From positions 1 to 36,791 of IMG/VR virus record IMGVR_UViG_3300025696_000014: a DNA stretch of 36,791 nt; one strand, written 5' to 3'. Each line of letters opens with the position of its first letter. Position 1 is the stretch's first letter. Origin of the DNA: a virus (taxonomy: Duplodnaviria; Caudoviricetes). A program made the translations under genes and the position numbers. Shown in pieces: positions 36,787 to 36,791 of the stretch. Under the pieces are notes generated by a model, which saw only the letters and a list, made by a program, of their open reading frames with translations, was not told the origin of the DNA and made no database searches.

Positions 36787-36791
36787 GGAGA

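Noticed and set aside
1-36791. tRNA, CRISPR array, integrase/att site, diversity-generating retroelement, recoded stop codons
   Set aside because: No cloverleaf, spacer array, recombinase or reverse transcriptase recognised; genes tile densely under the standard code.

Overview
The window appears to be a complete circular (or circularly permuted) genome of a tailed phage, unit length about 36,665 bp: bases 1-121 are repeated exactly at 36666-36786. It has a P22/Sf6-like podovirus virion module: TerS, TerL, portal, scaffold, coat, gp4- and gp10-like tail hub and four ejection-type proteins. It also carries two large tail fibre/receptor-binding proteins, each followed by a small chaperone-like gene. 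One fibre (about 1119 aa) spans the contig ends and was mostly missed by the ORF track. A lysis region encodes a class-3 lipase, lipoprotein, holin, T4-type lysozyme and thermonuclease. A short rightward arm encodes Erf, a YqaJ exonuclease, an SSB-like protein and NinG. A leftward early arm encodes an SF2 helicase and a stand-alone primase zinc finger. I recognise no integrase, CI repressor, DNA polymerase, catalytic primase, tRNA or CRISPR. Most notable: (1) the scaffold and two unannotated tiny Lys-rich proteins share a C-terminal G-A-T-[YF]-[EA] tag, a candidate procapsid cargo-loading signal; (2) a promoter-driven, highly structured ~275-nt non-coding RNA ends next to a tandem pair of NrdR-box-like palindromes, with a third box on the scaffold/coat promoter, in a genome with no nrd genes; (3) the endolysin naturally has His at the T4 lysozyme Thr26 position; (4) a second hairpin/pseudoknot-dense non-coding region; (5) modular tail proteins with CBM-like repeats and a cupredoxin-like insert. 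All calls come from reading and motif recognition only; no searches were run.
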